Assembly: GCA_963692945.1 (NCBI GenBank)
Contig: OY843585.1
Span: 870,001 to 902,000 of the forward strand
DNA length: 32,000 bases
Direction of reading: 5' to 3'
DNA from: Bdellovibrionales bacterium
GTDB taxonomy: Bacteria; Bdellovibrionota; Bdellovibrionia; Bdellovibrionales; UBA1609
Numbering within the stretch: the first letter of the stretch is position 1; every line of letters starts with the position of its first letter. A model generated the notes under the pieces. The model was not told the origin of the DNA. It made no database searches and worked only from the letters and a program-made list of their open reading frames with translations. Position numbers and translations under genes: made by a program. This document shows positions 15,675-25,014 of this stretch, piece after piece.

Positions 15675-16993
15675 TTTTTCTTTCTCTGTTCTTCAATTTT
15701 CTACTCTTAGGTTTTCTAGCCGAAGGGGAATCTTCTAGAAGAAATAAATCTCTCGTTTCTAGTCAATCTAAAACAATCCGTCGTTCTTTATCTTCAAAGC
15801 AAAAGATTGTTTTAAAATCTCTAAAAAACAAAACCTTTAAAAAGTTAAATTTAAAAATAGGAGATGTTATTTACCTCTTTAATGGAAAGCCTTTGTCTTC
15901 TCAAACCGAGTTTTCAAAGAAAATACTTCTTGTAAAAAAAGGTAAAAAGTTTTCTATTAAATTAAAACGAAAAAATAAAAATTATATACTGGTTTATAAG
16001 AAGATTGGTAAAAATTATAAACTTATTAAAAAATCAAGATTAAAATCTGTTAAAAAACATCCTAAGATGAAAGTTAAATCACATCATGTTTCTAAATCAA
16101 AAAGAAACGTTCTTAAAAAATACAAAAGCCATTTGCAAAACGGTTATGTTATAGTTCCTGAGGGGTTGATTTATAAGCAACCTGATTTTGATGCAGAACA
16201 AATCTTTTATTTTAAATTAGGGACGAAAGTACTTATGTCTAAAAAAATCTTTAGTCCTCCTCATCGCTTTGGAACTTTTTATAAAGTGTTTATGAAGAAG
16301 CCAAAAAAAATAGTGGGTTATATTTCAGAGGTGGATGTTATTCCTGAGTACAATAGAAAAGTTAAGAATCAATTAAATCTTAAGTACAAACTGTTGGAGA
16401 AGCAATTGAATAAAACGGGTCGTTTGAATCTAGAATCTTTAAATAAAGTGGATGGAAAAAACAGATTCACATATGATGATAAACCAGTTGAGGATAGATT
16501 TTCCTTAAGCAACTCTTCATCATCTAAATATTATATTGGTTTGTCTGTTGGTGGAAGGTATAACTCTAGAAATCCTAAGTTTTCTATTAATGATCTTTGG
16601 CTGGGATTAAAATGGAGTGGAAAAGCTCTATCAGGTATAGAGATGGATATGAATTTTAACTTTGTTCCTTCCCATTTGCCGATTATTTTTGCTAAGAAAT
16701 GGTTAAACTATAAGAATCTGTCCTTTTGTCATATAGATATTCTTGCAGGATATCCTCTTGTTGCTGGTTATAAATATGTTATTTATATTATGGGTGGATT
16801 GCAGTTAGATTATGATTATGTTCAGTTGAATCAAAAGAAAATCCCTGAATGGACTCCAGGACTTGTTGGAGCCTTATCCTTTGTTAAACCCATTGAAAAA
16901 AGATTTGCTTTTAGAATGGATTTAAAAATAGATTATGGATTTCAAGAAAGAGTGACAGGTGGTGCATTGGCTGCTTTTCAAATTGGTTTTTAA
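15653..16993 (+). CDS. Secreted PDZ-like/SH3b-like protein with a C-terminal OMP-type beta-barrel; start assigned to a non-canonical ATT
   Basis: The track ORF starts at the TTG at 15893, but the frame is open back to 15632. The extension encodes (I/M)RKYWRLVFLSLFFNFLLLGFLA/EGE, a textbook signal peptide, and completes a PDZ-like segment (LKIGDVIYLFNGKPLSSQTEFSKKILLVKKGKKFSIKLKR) that the TTG would bisect. AGGAGG (15641-15646) lies 6 nt before the ATT at 15653. The C-terminus ...GGALAAFQIGF ends in Phe with alternating hydrophobic residues. Confidence 0.5.
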   Translation: MRKYWRLVFLSLFFNFLLLGFLAEGESSRRNKSLVSSQSKTIRRSLSSKQKIVLKSLKNKTFKKLNLKIGDVIYLFNGKPLSSQTEFSKKILLVKKGKKFSIKLKRKNKNYILVYKKIGKNYKLIKKSRLKSVKKHPKMKVKSHHVSKSKRNVLKKYKSHLQNGYVIVPEGLIYKQPDFDAEQIFYFKLGTKVLMSKKIFSPPHRFGTFYKVFMKKPKKIVGYISEVDVIPEYNRKVKNQLNLKYKLLEKQLNKTGRLNLESLNKVDGKNRFTYDDKPVEDRFSLSNSSSSKYYIGLSVGGRYNSRNPKFSINDLWLGLKWSGKALSGIEMDMNFNFVPSHLPIIFAKKWLNYKNLSFCHIDILAGYPLVAGYKYVIYIMGGLQLDYDYVQLNQKKIPEWTPGLVGALSFVKPIEKRFAFRMDLKIDYGFQERVTGGALAAFQIGF

Positions 16994-16994
16994 C

Positions 16995-18770
16995 ATGGAT
17001 ATTATTAAACATTTATCAGAAGGGACTATCAGTCAAATTGCAGCTGGAGAGGTTGTTGAAAGACCTGCTCATCTTGTTAAAGAACTTGTAGAAAATGCTT
17101 TAGATTCTGGAGCTAATGATATTGAAGTTGATTTTGATGATGGAGGTCGGTTTGTTAAGGTTAAAGATGATGGACAAGGTATATCTAAAGATCAAATGCC
17201 TTTAGCTCTTGCTAGGCATGCCACAAGTAAAATATCAGAGACAAATGATTTATGGAAAATTAAAACTTTTGGATTTCGTGGTGAAGCTCTAGCTAGTATT
17301 GCCTCTGTGAGTGATTTAACTTTAATCTCTCAGGTTTCTGGAGAGACTTTATCTTATAGATTAAGAAGTGTTTTTGGAAAAGAAGAAGATATAGAAACGA
17401 TTGGAGGGAATCGAGGAACGACTGTCATTATCCGTTCTCTCTTTGAGAATGTTCCAGCGAGATTTAAATTTTTAAAAACAGCTTCAGGGGAAAGTACAGC
17501 TATAAAAAACACTTTAAAAGCCTTAGCTCTTTCTCATCCTAAAATCAATTTTCGTATTTTAAATAAAGGTCGCTTGCTTTTTTACTGGCCCCCTCAAAAG
17601 AATCTTTTAGAAAGATCAAGGCAGGTTTTATCTATGGAAAACTTGTATTTTACAGAAGAAATAAGAGGTGCTTATAAAGTTTCTGCTGTTGTAGCTGCTC
17701 CCAATAACACTTTAAAAAATAGAAGGACAAATTGGCTTTTTGTATCTAATCGTTGGATAGAATGCCGAGTGATACAAGCGGCTTTAATGTCAGCTTATAG
17801 AGGGTTACTTATGCATGGAGAGTATCCTATTGCTGTTGTAAAAATAGAAGCTCCCAGTGAAGATATTGATGTGAATGTACATCCTTCTAAATCACAAATT
17901 AGATTCAAAGACTCTTCTTTGATTTTTAAACTGGTTGGATCTTCTGTGAGAAATCTTTTAGAGCAGGCCCCATGGGTTAAAAAAGTCACCGAAAGGAATT
18001 CTTTTAAAAAAGAAGAAAATCTAACATTTGATAGTAAAAAATTTAATCAGACACAATTTCATGTTAAGAAACCTCAGTTTGAAAATCAACAAAATCAATA
18101 CTCTAAAGAGGTTTTGTCTCAATTGGCTTGGGAATCTCCAAAACAAAGATCATCAGAGCAAAGTGCAAGTTTAAAAGATCAAATGTCTTGGTCTTCTTTA
18201 CAAGTGTTGGCTCAATCTCATTTGACTTATATCATTTGTCAGTCCGATCGTTCTTTAGTGTTTATTGACCAACATGCCTCTCACGAAAGGGTGTTGTATG
18301 AAAAACTTTTTAACTCATGGAAACAAGGTGGAATTGATATTCAACAACATTTAGTTCCTTTTAGTTTGGATTTAGAAGAGGACCAATTAGAGGCTTTACT
18401 TTCTTTGAGGGAAAACTTAACAAAAATGGGAGTGTCTATAGAGCAAATGGGGCCTACCGTTTTAGCAGTTACATCCTCACCTAGTGTTCTTAAGGAAACG
18501 GCTTTGCAAGAAGGGTTATTGTATTTGGCTAAAGAGGTTACGCAGACAGAAAATAGATTTGCTTTTGAAAGAGCTGTTGCTGACTTATGTGCAACAATGG
18601 CTTGTCACTCTGCTATTCGTGCTGGACAATCTTTGAATGAAAAACAAATGAAAGAGATTTTAATAAGTATGGATGAGTTTCCTTTGTCCAGTTTTTGTCC
18701 TCATGGACGTCCTGTTTTTGTAGAGTATCCCATTTCTTCTTTAGAAAAAGATTTTGGTCGTATCGTCTAA
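16995..18770 (+). CDS. mutL: DNA mismatch repair protein MutL, endonuclease type
   Basis: The ATG at 16995 gives MDIIKHLSEGTISQIAAGEVVERPAHLVKELVENALDSGA, a GHKL ATPase N-terminus. C-terminal motifs are DQHASHERVLYE (DQHAx2Ex4E), ACHSAIRAG and FCPHGRP. The track start at 16959 is an upstream extension overlapping the previous gene. Confidence 0.93.
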   Translation: MDIIKHLSEGTISQIAAGEVVERPAHLVKELVENALDSGANDIEVDFDDGGRFVKVKDDGQGISKDQMPLALARHATSKISETNDLWKIKTFGFRGEALASIASVSDLTLISQVSGETLSYRLRSVFGKEEDIETIGGNRGTTVIIRSLFENVPARFKFLKTASGESTAIKNTLKALALSHPKINFRILNKGRLLFYWPPQKNLLERSRQVLSMENLYFTEEIRGAYKVSAVVAAPNNTLKNRRTNWLFVSNRWIECRVIQAALMSAYRGLLMHGEYPIAVVKIEAPSEDIDVNVHPSKSQIRFKDSSLIFKLVGSSVRNLLEQAPWVKKVTERNSFKKEENLTFDSKKFNQTQFHVKKPQFENQQNQYSKEVLSQLAWESPKQRSSEQSASLKDQMSWSSLQVLAQSHLTYIICQSDRSLVFIDQHASHERVLYEKLFNSWKQGGIDIQQHLVPFSLDLEEDQLEALLSLRENLTKMGVSIEQMGPTVLAVTSSPSVLKETALQEGLLYLAKEVTQTENRFAFERAVADLCATMACHSAIRAGQSLNEKQMKEILISMDEFPLSSFCPHGRPVFVEYPISSLEKDFGRIV

Positions 18771-18778
18771 TTTTTTTT

Positions 18779-19675
18779 ATGAATTCTCTTGTTTTTCTTG
18801 TTGGAGCGACTGCTGTTGGTAAAACGGAGTTGGCTTTTCAGCTGGCACAAAATACAAAAAGCTCTATAATAAACTCTGATAGTATTCAAGCTTACAAGGA
18901 TTTGAATATTGGATCTTCTAAACCTGATTTTACAAAGTATCCTGATGTACCATGTTTTTTATTTGATATTGTATCTGCTCCTCATGTTTGGACAGCAGGA
19001 GATTTTCGGAAAAAAAGTTTAGAAGTTTTACATCAAGAGATTCCAAAACGATCTGTTTTCATTGTTGGTGGTAGTGGTTTTTACATTCAAGCTTTAGAAA
19101 AAGGTATGTATGATTTAAAACCCATTCCTCAAAGTATTAAGAAAGAAATAGAAATATTGAATAGAGACAAAGGTTTGGATTTTTTATACCAAGAATTAAA
19201 ATTAAAAGATGCTAAGTTAGCAGAAAATATCAGCCCTAAGGATATCTATCGTATTATTCGTTCACTTTGTATTATTAGAAATGAAAATAAATCTCTTTCT
19301 CAAATAAAAAAAGAATTTACTCCTTTCAAATTACCTTGGAAGTATAAAAAAATTGGTTTGAGTATTTCCAAACAAGAGTTGTTAAAAAAAGTGGAGGAGA
19401 GAACTCGTCACATGTTAGCAAAAGGTCTTATTGAAGAAGTAGAGGAATTGGTTAAAAAAGGTCTAGAGGATTGGAAGCCTTTACAAAGTGTAGGTTACAG
19501 AGAAGTATCACTTTATTTAAGAGGTATTTTAGATAAAGAGAATCTTTTTCAAGAGATTGTTAAAAACACTATGTTACTTGCTAAGAAACAAAAAACTTGG
19601 TTTCAAAAGGATGAGGACATAAAATGGTATGATTTTACAGAGGATTTATCAAAAATTCAAAAACATCTTTTCTAG
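18779..19675 (+). CDS. miaA: tRNA dimethylallyltransferase MiaA
   Basis: The ATG at 18779 gives MNSLVFLVGATAVGKTELAF, with the P-loop near the N-terminus as in MiaA. The track start at 18695 is an out-of-context extension inside mutL. mutL-miaA is a conserved gene order. Confidence 0.9.
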   Translation: MNSLVFLVGATAVGKTELAFQLAQNTKSSIINSDSIQAYKDLNIGSSKPDFTKYPDVPCFLFDIVSAPHVWTAGDFRKKSLEVLHQEIPKRSVFIVGGSGFYIQALEKGMYDLKPIPQSIKKEIEILNRDKGLDFLYQELKLKDAKLAENISPKDIYRIIRSLCIIRNENKSLSQIKKEFTPFKLPWKYKKIGLSISKQELLKKVEERTRHMLAKGLIEEVEELVKKGLEDWKPLQSVGYREVSLYLRGILDKENLFQEIVKNTMLLAKKQKTWFQKDEDIKWYDFTEDLSKIQKHLF

Positions 19676-19713
19676 TTGTTTTTATAAAACCTTTAAAGTA
19701 AGTTAGGTGGATT

Positions 19714-20535
19714 ATGAAAAGTATGACAGGCTATGGATTTTCCACTTTAGGAAATAAGGAATTTAAAGTTTTTATTAGTGTTAAATCTGTCAATTCTAGG
19801 TTTATGGACATTAAATACTATTTGCCTCCTTTTTATTCTTCTATGGAGTCTGAGTTTCAAAAAATACTTTTTGGAAAATGTTCAAGAGGGCAGTTTTTTA
19901 TTCGTGTAAATAGGATTCCACAAATGCCACCTTCTTCTTTTGTATTACAAAGAAACAAAGAGCAGGCTAAAAAATGGAAAAATCTTTATGAAAATTTGTC
20001 AAAAGAATTAAAGATAAGAAACAATTTAAATGTTACGGATCTTGTCAATCAATCTGGTGTTGTGAATGCTATTGAAAAACCTGTTTCTCTAAGTGTTAGT
20101 GAAAAAAATAAAATAAAAATGACCTTTCAGCAAGCTCTTAAATCTTGTCTTAAGGAAAGAGTGAGAGAGGGTGCTGCTCTTAAAGTAGATATTTTAAATC
20201 ATATTCGGTCCATTCAATCTTATTTGAAAAAAATAAAAAATTTATCGGATAAACAACAAAAAAAACATAAAAATACCAAAAGTAATGGAGAGTTTTCTGA
20301 AACAGGAGATATGAATGAAGAGATTGTTCGTATGGAGGAACACCTTAGATATTTTAAAACTATTTCTGAAAGTCATCAGTCTATTGGAAAAAAGATGGAT
20401 TTTTATGTGCAAGAATTGTTAAGAGAAGTTAATACATTAGGTTCAAAGTCTCAAATCTCATCTCTAACTAAGTGTGTTGTTGAAATTAAATCTATTTTAG
20501 AAAAAATTAAAGAACAGGTTCAAAATATTGAGTAA
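19714..20535 (+). CDS. yicC: YicC/YloC family stress-induced protein (endoribonuclease family)
   Basis: The N-terminus MKSMTGYG and the C-terminal ELLREVNTLGSKS are typical of the family. It has the conserved position upstream of gmk-rpoZ. Confidence 0.8.
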   Translation: MKSMTGYGFSTLGNKEFKVFISVKSVNSRFMDIKYYLPPFYSSMESEFQKILFGKCSRGQFFIRVNRIPQMPPSSFVLQRNKEQAKKWKNLYENLSKELKIRNNLNVTDLVNQSGVVNAIEKPVSLSVSEKNKIKMTFQQALKSCLKERVREGAALKVDILNHIRSIQSYLKKIKNLSDKQQKKHKNTKSNGEFSETGDMNEEIVRMEEHLRYFKTISESHQSIGKKMDFYVQELLREVNTLGSKSQISSLTKCVVEIKSILEKIKEQVQNIE

Positions 20536-21103
20536 ACAAAGTATCAAAGGAGTTTTTATTGTTTTGTCTGGACCAAGTGGTGTTGGGAAAACTTTATTTT
20601 TAGAAAAAACTTTAAAAGAATACTCGCAATTTAAAAGCACAGTCACTTATACAACTCGTCCTCTTAGAATGCAGGAAAAAGAGGGGGATCATTATTACTT
20701 TATAGATTCCAAAAAATTTCAAAAAATGCGTCATGAGGGTCAGTTTGCAGAGTTTGCCAATGTTCATAAGGAGTGGTACGGGACTTCTTATGATGAGATC
20801 TCTAGGATTTGGGGGAGTAAAAAATCTATCGTCAAAGACTTAGATGTTCAAGGTGCAAAATCTATCAAAAAAATATACCCTCATGCTATCACAGTTTTTA
20901 TTTATCCTCCTAATATGGAAGAGTTGAAAAAGAGGCTGGCAAAGCGAGGATTTAATGATATTAACAATTTAAAAGAAAGGCTTGCTTCTGCGGAAAAAGA
21001 GATGGCGGAAGGAAGAATCTATGATTTTAAGATTATTAATGATGACTTTGAAGAAGCTTGGAAAGAGTTTAAAAAAATTATTGAAAAATCTCAAAATTTA
21101 TAA
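20528..21103 (+). CDS. gmk: Guanylate kinase
   Basis: GPSGVGKT P-loop and [17 protein letters not shown]. The TTG start overlaps the yicC stop by 8 nt. Confidence 0.92.
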   Translation: MSKQSIKGVFIVLSGPSGVGKTLFLEKTLKEYSQFKSTVTYTTRPLRMQEKEGDHYYFIDSKKFQKMRHEGQFAEFANVHKEWYGTSYDEISRIWGSKKSIVKDLDVQGAKSIKKIYPHAITVFIYPPNMEELKKRLAKRGFNDINNLKERLASAEKEMAEGRIYDFKIINDDFEEAWKEFKKIIEKSQNL

Positions 21104-21132
21104 TATATAAAAACTTTACTAGGGGGAAGAAA

Positions 21133-21351
21133 ATGGCTCGTGTTACTGTTGAAGATTGTTTGAAAAAAGTTCCTAATCGTTTTGAATTAGCGGTTTTGGT
21201 TTCTAAAAGAGTGAAACAACTTTTAAGAGGGGCTCGTCCTTTAGTTGTCTCTAAAAATAAATATGTTGTAAATGCTCTTAGAGAAGTTGCCGCTGGTAAA
21301 GTTTATTTTAACCGTAGTCGTCGTATAGATTTTGATAATAATAAGAATTAA
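21133..21351 (+). CDS. rpoZ: DNA-directed RNA polymerase subunit omega
   Basis: [30 protein letters not shown] is the RpoZ signature. It follows gmk. Confidence 0.92.
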   Translation: MARVTVEDCLKKVPNRFELAVLVSKRVKQLLRGARPLVVSKNKYVVNALREVAAGKVYFNRSRRIDFDNNKN

Positions 21352-21393
21352 GATAAAGTCATTTGTTTTTTTATTTAAAGAGGTAGTAGTTTT

Positions 21394-22320
21394 GTGACCT
21401 TAACTTACGATGTTTTAGATGTTGCTAAAGAAAAATCACAAAATAATTTAACTATTGATTTTGTAGGAATTCAAGGATTAAAAATTCCTATTAAGATAAA
21501 CAATCAATGGACTGTACCAGCTAGATTATCCGTTTTTACTTCTTTAGATGACCCTCATGCTAGAGGAGTGCATATGTCTCGTATGTATTTGGCTGTTCAT
21601 GATTATTTTGCTCAACAGACTTTAAAGGTTTCTGAATTAAAAAAACTTTTAATGAAAATTGTGAAAGATCAAAAGGGGTTGTCGTTTTCATCTCGTATTG
21701 AAATTTCTTTTGATTGGCCTATAGAGAGAAAAGCTTTGAAGAGTTCTATTTTAGGTTGGAGATACTATCCTGTTTTTATCAGAGCGGATTACTCTCAAAA
21801 AACAGATGATTTTGAATGTGTCATTGGAGCAGAAATCACATACTCTTCCACTTGTCCTTGTTCTAGTTCTTTATCTCGTGAGCTCATCAAGTCAAAGTTT
21901 GTAGAGCAATTTTCTAAAAAAGAGGTGATAAGCAAAGAGAGTGCTGTTGAGTGGCTTGAAAATAAAGAATTTTTAGTAGCAACACCTCATGCTCAAAAAA
22001 GCACTGTCAATTTTAAATTAAAAATGAAGTTAGATGCAGTAGATGAATTTTCTATTTTAGATTGTATAGATAAAATAGAAAGTATCTTAGGGACTCCTGT
22101 TCAAACGGCTGTTAAACGGGAAGACGAAGCCGAGTTTGCCAGATTGAATGCAAAACATTTAATGTTTTGTGAAGATGCTGTTCGTAAAGTAGGTGCTTAT
22201 TTTAAGCAGGAAAAAAATGTTTTGGATTACATGATAAAAGTTCAACATGATGAAAGTCTTCATCCTTTTGCAGTGGAAAGTTATATTGTAAAAGGTGTTG
22301 AAAAGGGTTGGAGAGCTTAA
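21394..22320 (+). CDS. folE2: GTP cyclohydrolase FolE2 (type IB)
   Basis: GTG start. Segments RGVHMSRMY, YSSTCPCSS, TPHAQKS and QHDESLHPFAV match my recollection of the FolE2/DUF198 family. Confidence 0.75.
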   Translation: MTLTYDVLDVAKEKSQNNLTIDFVGIQGLKIPIKINNQWTVPARLSVFTSLDDPHARGVHMSRMYLAVHDYFAQQTLKVSELKKLLMKIVKDQKGLSFSSRIEISFDWPIERKALKSSILGWRYYPVFIRADYSQKTDDFECVIGAEITYSSTCPCSSSLSRELIKSKFVEQFSKKEVISKESAVEWLENKEFLVATPHAQKSTVNFKLKMKLDAVDEFSILDCIDKIESILGTPVQTAVKREDEAEFARLNAKHLMFCEDAVRKVGAYFKQEKNVLDYMIKVQHDESLHPFAVESYIVKGVEKGWRA

Positions 22321-24864
22321 TTGCTTTCCAAAACACAAAATAAAAAGCTTTTAAAAGATGGTGTTCACGTTTTTGGAGCTAGAGAGAATAATCTTAAAAA
22401 CATAAATGTTTTTATCCCAAGAAATCAAATCACAGTCATTACAGGTTTAAGTGGTAGTGGAAAATCCACTTTGGCTTTTGACACCATTTATGGTGAAGGG
22501 CAAAGACGTTATTTAGAAAGTCTTTCTATTTATGCAAGATATTTTATAGATCAAATGAAAAAACCAGAGGTGGATGTTATTTATGGCTTGTCTCCTAGTA
22601 TTGCTATTCATCAAAAGACAGTCAGCCACAACCCTCGTTCAACTGTTGGAACGGCAACAGATATTTATGATTACTTAAGACTCCTTTATGCTCGTTTAGG
22701 GGAGGTCTTTTGTCCTAAACATGGTGTTTCTTTAAAGTCTCAAACTGTAGAAGAAATTGTAGCTGATATAGAGAAAAATTTTCAAGGCAAAAAACTTTTT
22801 ATTTTAAGTCCTATAGCAAGAGGAAAAAAAGGAGAGTTTGTAAAAGAAGTGAATTACTTTCTTTCCTTAGGATTTGATCAAGCCAGAATCAATGGAAAAT
22901 GGTTAGATTTAGGAAAATTTCATAAATTGTCTAAAAGACAAGATCATCACATTGATATTTTATTGGACCGATTAACAATAAGTAAAAAATATCAAGAAAG
23001 AATTTATGAATCTGTGAAGTCCGCTCTATCTCTCAGTGATGGTTATGTCAAGATTGAAGATGGTAAAGAGTTTGAAAAAAGCTACTCTCTTAAATTTTCT
23101 TGCCCACTTTGTGATTATAATTTTGTAGATTTAGAACCTAAGTTGTTTAGCTTCAATAGTCCTATGGGAGCTTGTTTTTCTTGTAATGGAACAGGTCTCT
23201 CCTCTAGGGAAGAAGATAAGGAAGAAGATGAATTTGAAGAATACAATCACAAGGTTTGTTCAGAGTGTGAAGGTTATAGGGTGCGAAAAGAAGCTCTTAA
23301 TGTGAAAATCAATGGTAAAAACATTGCAGAAGTAAGTCATCTCCCATCAGAAGATCTTTATAAATTTATAAAATCTTTGAAATTTAAAGGATCAAAAAAA
23401 ATAATTGCTAATAAAATCATTGAGAAACTTTTATTTCATTTGTCTTTTTTAAAAAATTTAAGTTTGGACTATTTAAGTTTAAACCGATCTCTTTCTACTT
23501 TATCAGGAGGGGAGGCTCAAAGGGTGAGGCTTGTTTCACAATTATCATCTTCTGTCATCGGAGTTTTATATGTTTTAGATGAACCAAGTATAGGATTGCA
23601 TCCAAAGGATCATGGCCGTATTTTAAATATATTGGAACGTATTCGTGATAGAGGGAATACAGTTGTTGTAGTAGAACATGATGCTGAAAGTATTTGTCAT
23701 GCTGATAAGGTTATTGATTTAGGTCCTGGTGCTGGAGTTCATGGTGGTCACCTTGTGGCTGAAGGAACTCTTACAGAGATAAAGAAAAACAAAAAAAGTT
23801 TAACAGGGGCTTACTTGTCTGGAAGAAAAACTATACCTCATTATTCTAGTTCTTATACAAATCAGAAAAAAAATTTAGAGTTTCAGAAATTAAATGAAAA
23901 TAACTTAAAAAATATTGATATCAAAATTCCTTTAGGCTGTCTTGTGGGAATCAGTGGAGTCTCAGGTAGTGGTAAAAGCACTTTAGTGAATAACATTATT
24001 TATCCAGTTCTATCAAATCATTTAAATCATACAGAAAGATATGAAGGTTCTCATGGAGGTGTTAAAGGGTTAGATTTTGTTGAAAGAGTTTTACAGATCA
24101 ATCAAAAACCTATTGGTAGGACTCCTCGTTCTAATCCTATTACTTACATTGGAGTTTTTTCTATGATAAGGGCTCTCTTTTCTCAGTTGCCAGAATCTCG
24201 TTTGAGAGCTTACACGCCTAATTATTTTAGTTTCAATGTAAAAGGTGGTCGTTGTGAAAATTGTATGGGTGCAGGTTCTATTAAATTAGAAATGAAATTT
24301 TTGGCTAATGTCTATACAACTTGTGAAATTTGTAACGGTAAAAGATATTATCCTGAAATTTTAAATATTACTTATAGGGAAAAAAATATTTCTGATGTGT
24401 TAAATATGACTGTATCAGAAGCTGAAGAGTTTTTTAAAAATCACAAATTCATACATCATAAATTAAAATTTTTAAAAGATGTTGGTTTAGGTTATATAAA
24501 ATTAGGTCAAAGTTCTACAACTTTGTCAGGAGGGGAAGCTCAAAGAGTTAAATTATCTAGAGAGTTATCTAAAAGGACAAAAGGTCATACGGTTTATATT
24601 TTAGATGAACCTACAACAGGGCTTCATTTTCAAGATGTAGAAAAATTAATAAGTCTTCTTCATCAATTGATTGAACAAAAAAATACAGTTTTAATTATAG
24701 AACATAATTTAGATGTTTTAAAATCTTGTGATTACTTGATTGATTTAGGTCCTGAAGGTGGTAAAAGAGGAGGCTCTATTGTTGCTAAAGGAACTCCTCA
24801 ACAGATTATAAAGAATCAAAAGAGTTATACAGGTTTGTATTTAAGAAAAAAAATTAAGAGCTAA
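22321..24864 (+). CDS. uvrA: Excinuclease ABC subunit UvrA, short form lacking the insertion domain
   Basis: The TTG start abuts the folE2 stop. There are two ABC modules (GLSGSGKSTLAFDT, GVSGSGKSTL; LSGGEAQR twice; YVLDEPS, YILDEPT). The UvrB-binding-domain region is present. Only 19 residues (294-312) separate CFSC from CSEC. Confidence 0.9.
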   Translation: MLSKTQNKKLLKDGVHVFGARENNLKNINVFIPRNQITVITGLSGSGKSTLAFDTIYGEGQRRYLESLSIYARYFIDQMKKPEVDVIYGLSPSIAIHQKTVSHNPRSTVGTATDIYDYLRLLYARLGEVFCPKHGVSLKSQTVEEIVADIEKNFQGKKLFILSPIARGKKGEFVKEVNYFLSLGFDQARINGKWLDLGKFHKLSKRQDHHIDILLDRLTISKKYQERIYESVKSALSLSDGYVKIEDGKEFEKSYSLKFSCPLCDYNFVDLEPKLFSFNSPMGACFSCNGTGLSSREEDKEEDEFEEYNHKVCSECEGYRVRKEALNVKINGKNIAEVSHLPSEDLYKFIKSLKFKGSKKIIANKIIEKLLFHLSFLKNLSLDYLSLNRSLSTLSGGEAQRVRLVSQLSSSVIGVLYVLDEPSIGLHPKDHGRILNILERIRDRGNTVVVVEHDAESICHADKVIDLGPGAGVHGGHLVAEGTLTEIKKNKKSLTGAYLSGRKTIPHYSSSYTNQKKNLEFQKLNENNLKNIDIKIPLGCLVGISGVSGSGKSTLVNNIIYPVLSNHLNHTERYEGSHGGVKGLDFVERVLQINQKPIGRTPRSNPITYIGVFSMIRALFSQLPESRLRAYTPNYFSFNVKGGRCENCMGAGSIKLEMKFLANVYTTCEICNGKRYYPEILNITYREKNISDVLNMTVSEAEEFFKNHKFIHHKLKFLKDVGLGYIKLGQSSTTLSGGEAQRVKLSRELSKRTKGHTVYILDEPTTGLHFQDVEKLISLLHQLIEQKNTVLIIEHNLDVLKSCDYLIDLGPEGGKRGGSIVAKGTPQQIIKNQKSYTGLYLRKKIKS

Positions 24865-25014
24865 AGATAATTTTTGAGTAGAGTTATGCATAATAAAGTA
24901 TATGAAAATTTAAAATTAGGTTTTATAGAAGTCATTAAAAAAATGAGTTATAAAGAACCAAAAGAGGAATCTCTTTCTCTTAAAGACTTTTGGTTTGAAT
25001 GTGAAGAGTTGGCT

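Noticed and set aside
16959-16994. Upstream extension of mutL (track start at 16959) and, similarly, of miaA (18695-18778)
   Set aside because: The conserved MutL N-terminus begins at the ATG at 16995 and the MiaA P-loop N-terminus at the ATG at 18779. The extensions overlap the preceding genes and encode non-conserved sequence.
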